From positions 139,168-203,167 of the forward strand of contig JAQGDQ010000419.1 in assembly GCA_030141605.1 (NCBI GenBank): a stretch of DNA of 64,000 nucleotides, read 5' to 3'. The position numbers were made by a program, and so were the translations under genes. Each line of letters begins with the position of its first letter. Position 1 is the stretch's first letter. Below are positions 61,201 to 64,000 of this stretch, piece after piece. Source of the DNA: Tubiluchus corallicola. Lineage: Eukaryota > Animalia > Priapulida. Below the pieces are notes generated by a model, which was not told the DNA's origin, ran no database searches, and worked only from the letters and a program-made list of their open reading frames with translations.

Positions 61201-63009
61201 TTCTGCCTATGCTATAAAAGACAATAATATAAAAAATAGTGTTATAAGATCTTTAAAGCACAAGAAAACCCTACATCAACATAAAGCTTAAAAAACTCGT
61301 CTTGAAATTTTATATCATTTATAGTATACGGCCTTTCTGCATGCAGGACTTCAATCGGCAGTCACGCCGTATGAAAGATGTAAATTTAAACTCCTGCGAT
61401 GACTGTCAGACCCAGATTTTTACGACAGGTCATTTGAAACAAGTTTAGATAACATTGCGTGTCAACGACATTTTACCAACTGCCGAAAACATTTTAAATA
61501 CTTTGAATAATTAAAAATTTTCTTATGTAGTTACATAAGTCTTTCTAGCAGGTAAGCGAAAAGCATAAGTACATGCAATATAGTTTTGCTAGGAAAGTTT
61601 TTCGGGACGTAATTTAGCATTTACTTTTCTTCCCCTGATTTACGCTGTGCGTAGGTGACGTTATGTAATGACGCCGTCGGAATAGAATGAAGATAAACAA
61701 AAATTCCTTTCAATGCGAGCACGATATACGCATAAAATTGCTATAAAGTCATGTAATTGTTTAACGCCATTTTTCTTAAACGTACTGGTACCCCTTTTCT
61801 TGTCTTTTGGATGAATGTAATTACGACGTCATTAACTTTGTGACGGCTTTGTGAAACCGGCCCCACTGGTCTAAATCACGTTTCAATGTGAAATTAAAGA
61901 TGCTTACACAACACAGCTAACTGACGCTTGTATAAATTGAATTCGCGCAGTATATATATATATATGGTTCTTTTTTCAAAATTAGCTGGTGATACGCCAA
62001 AGAACTTACAAAAGACGACATTATCAATTAGCGATGTGGGGAAGTGTCAATACTATGACGAGACTTTCACAATTTGCATATATAAGCCCGGACGGAGCAT
62101 TTGTTTCGTAAGTGTAGTAAAATTACTTTATTGAAAAAGTATTAATGGCAGCTAGCCCTATGTAAATACTACACTGCAAGGTTATAGGAAAATATGATAG
62201 TACTTAAAAAATTGAACACTGAATAAAATACATCACTTACCCAATACAAGAATGTTTAAGAAAAAGCACTTATTAAAAATAAATAAAATTGACTTTTAAA
62301 CTGTTTAACGTAAGACGAATGTCAAAAAAACTTTATACTCTGAAAAAGCTGATATCCTGGTTATAGACAGAAATCGAAAAACGTCTAAAATGGTTTGAAG
62401 TGAGTATCATCGAGAGAATCAACTGGTTTAATTGGAGGAGGTTTAACCCATTTCGGCAATTTTTCATGAAAATCACGTAATATGAAGCAATGGCTAATCT
62501 GGATGTGTCATTGCAGAAATTTTCAATTTCTTTTAGCTAATAACTAGGCAATTATAGAATGTTTTGAGATTTTGTTCATTATTATCTGAAATTTGAGATT
62601 ATATGTTTATATATAATACACACATATATATATATAAACACATATACATATAGAATTTATATATAGAACAAACTGTTTCACAATGACATGAACTTTGGCA
62701 ATAAAGTAGCTTATTTATAATATTTTATTACCTTTTGTGCATTCACAGGGTGACTCAGGTGGTCCATTGATACTGAAAGCTACCGGAGAACAAATTGGAG
62801 TTTTGACTAGGGTTGGTCATAATCAGTGCAATACTTTCAGTCTATGTTTAAAAGTCTCTTATTATCTAGACTGGATTAAGAATGAAAGTTCAAAGGTTCA
62901 GCCAAGTCTGTCTGGTGCAGCTTCAAAATGTTACCTGACTTTATTGACAATAATTACCGTTGTAGCGTCTGTACGTTTCGGTTTGTGGGCAGGTACAGAG
63001 TTAAAGTAA
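52266..63009 (+). CDS. Chymotrypsin/elastase-family (S1A) serine protease, copy 2, 328 aa. Exons 52266-52437, 54224-54294, 55432-55520, 56897-56969, 59650-59848, 61986-62107, 62749-63009
   Basis: Same exon structure and motifs as copy 1; intact frame. Confidence 0.92.
55498..56225 (+). repeat. ~86-bp minisatellite, ~8 units, spanning the exon 3 donor of protease copy 2
   Basis: Same unit as 35802-36700. Confidence 0.95.
57459..59000 (+). mobile_element. Paralogous LINE RT fragment in protease copy 2 intron 4; retains more of the 3' end
   Basis: Near-identical to 37928-39215 plus segments absent from copy 1. Confidence 0.9.
61024..61862. mobile_element. MITE with ~40-bp TIRs; paralog 40671-41499 lacks the right TIR
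   Basis: GGCCTTGTTTCACGAAACCGTCAC ... GTGACGGCTTTGTGAAACCGGCC. Confidence 0.7.
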
Positions 63010-64000
63010 AGCTATTCCACATATTAAATTGGCTACGTAAATTTATGTTGGAATAATTGCAATGTTCACTGGCAAATCTGTATTTTCAAAAACTCTTCAA
63101 AATAGTTCTAAATCATCCATTGAGGCGTGTGTGTACCTTGATTATCGTACTCCCGTTTGTATTACCAGAATTTCCAAACCAGCAATGAGTGCATTCAAAA
63201 GCAAATTTACTGTTAACCTTACTACCAGTGATATAACGACTTTATTTTTGATTTAAAAGAAGCCATATAGATGTATCTTTTCTATTTAAATTCCTATCCT
63301 GATAAGCCTGTATCCAAAGAAAAACTGATGGCAATTTGTTCTTAGTTTTTGGACGTCTTGATCTATAGTATCAGTAATGTTTACCTAATTTCCATACATA
63401 TTACATAACATCTGTTATTTTTGTATTGTGGATTATACACGTATTTAGTCAATACTTTCAATAATATCAAAAAGAAACATTTATTACTGGAATATGAGGT
63501 TCGTGTTTTTGTTCTTCTTACATTTGCTAATATGTTCTTCATTCATGCTGATATGAGTATCAAAGACAGCTAAAGCAGCTTCGTGATTACAAGAGTAAGT
63601 TGTAACTCATAGAATGGCTTCTTGTCTTCTTCATCAGTCCAACAAGTTTATTTATGAACATTTCTTTGGTTCTCTATTAGCAGTACAGGCACACAGCACA
63701 GTAGCGAAACAATTCACTACTCTAGCGCCTGCAGATTATCTGTTAACAGTTAGTACAAGCGTTCCTCTGTTCCGTAAAAATTTGTCTTTAGTATTTCCTG
63801 CAAGCACTTGCCTAGCTTCAGTATACTCAACTGACATGCTGGTACTGATGTTGCAACTTATAAAGAAGTTACAAACTCAGTAAAGTTCAAGTTCTGCTTT
63901 TCAATGGAGGTAAACTGACGGCAAAGAATGCATAAAATACGGGTTAGTCAAACAAACTATTTAATAAAAGTTCAAGTGGGCACGCTCACGCTTAACAATA

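Larger units (their letters stand above)
52065..64000 (+). repeat. Segmental duplication copy 2; runs off the right edge
   Basis: Starts CAGTTTGC(A/G)CAACTTTCAAACTG as at 32298; window end matches 43522. Confidence 0.97.

Overview
AT-rich, intron-rich animal (invertebrate-like) genomic DNA. Bases 931-28886 hold the 5' half of a USP9X/fat facets deubiquitinase gene on the minus strand. I could chain 24 coding exons with consistent phases (about 1228 aa), including one GC-AG intron; the catalytic domain lies beyond the left edge. Bases 32298-64000 hold a tandem duplication with a period of about 19.8 kb. It carries two intact 7-exon chymotrypsin-family (S1A) serine protease genes with hydrophobic GPI/TM-like tails. 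Between them lie a frameshifted, convergently oriented LRR-LRRCT gene that the ORF track does not show as such, and a decayed LINE. The two proteases are identical in protein across exons 2-4 but strongly diverged around the substrate pocket (Gly216 vs Val216). Introns contain MITEs, a 5S-derived SINE, young minisatellites (some duplicating splice donors) and an inverted pair of Penelope-type hammerhead ribozyme motifs. All calls were made by eye; no searches or folding programs were run.
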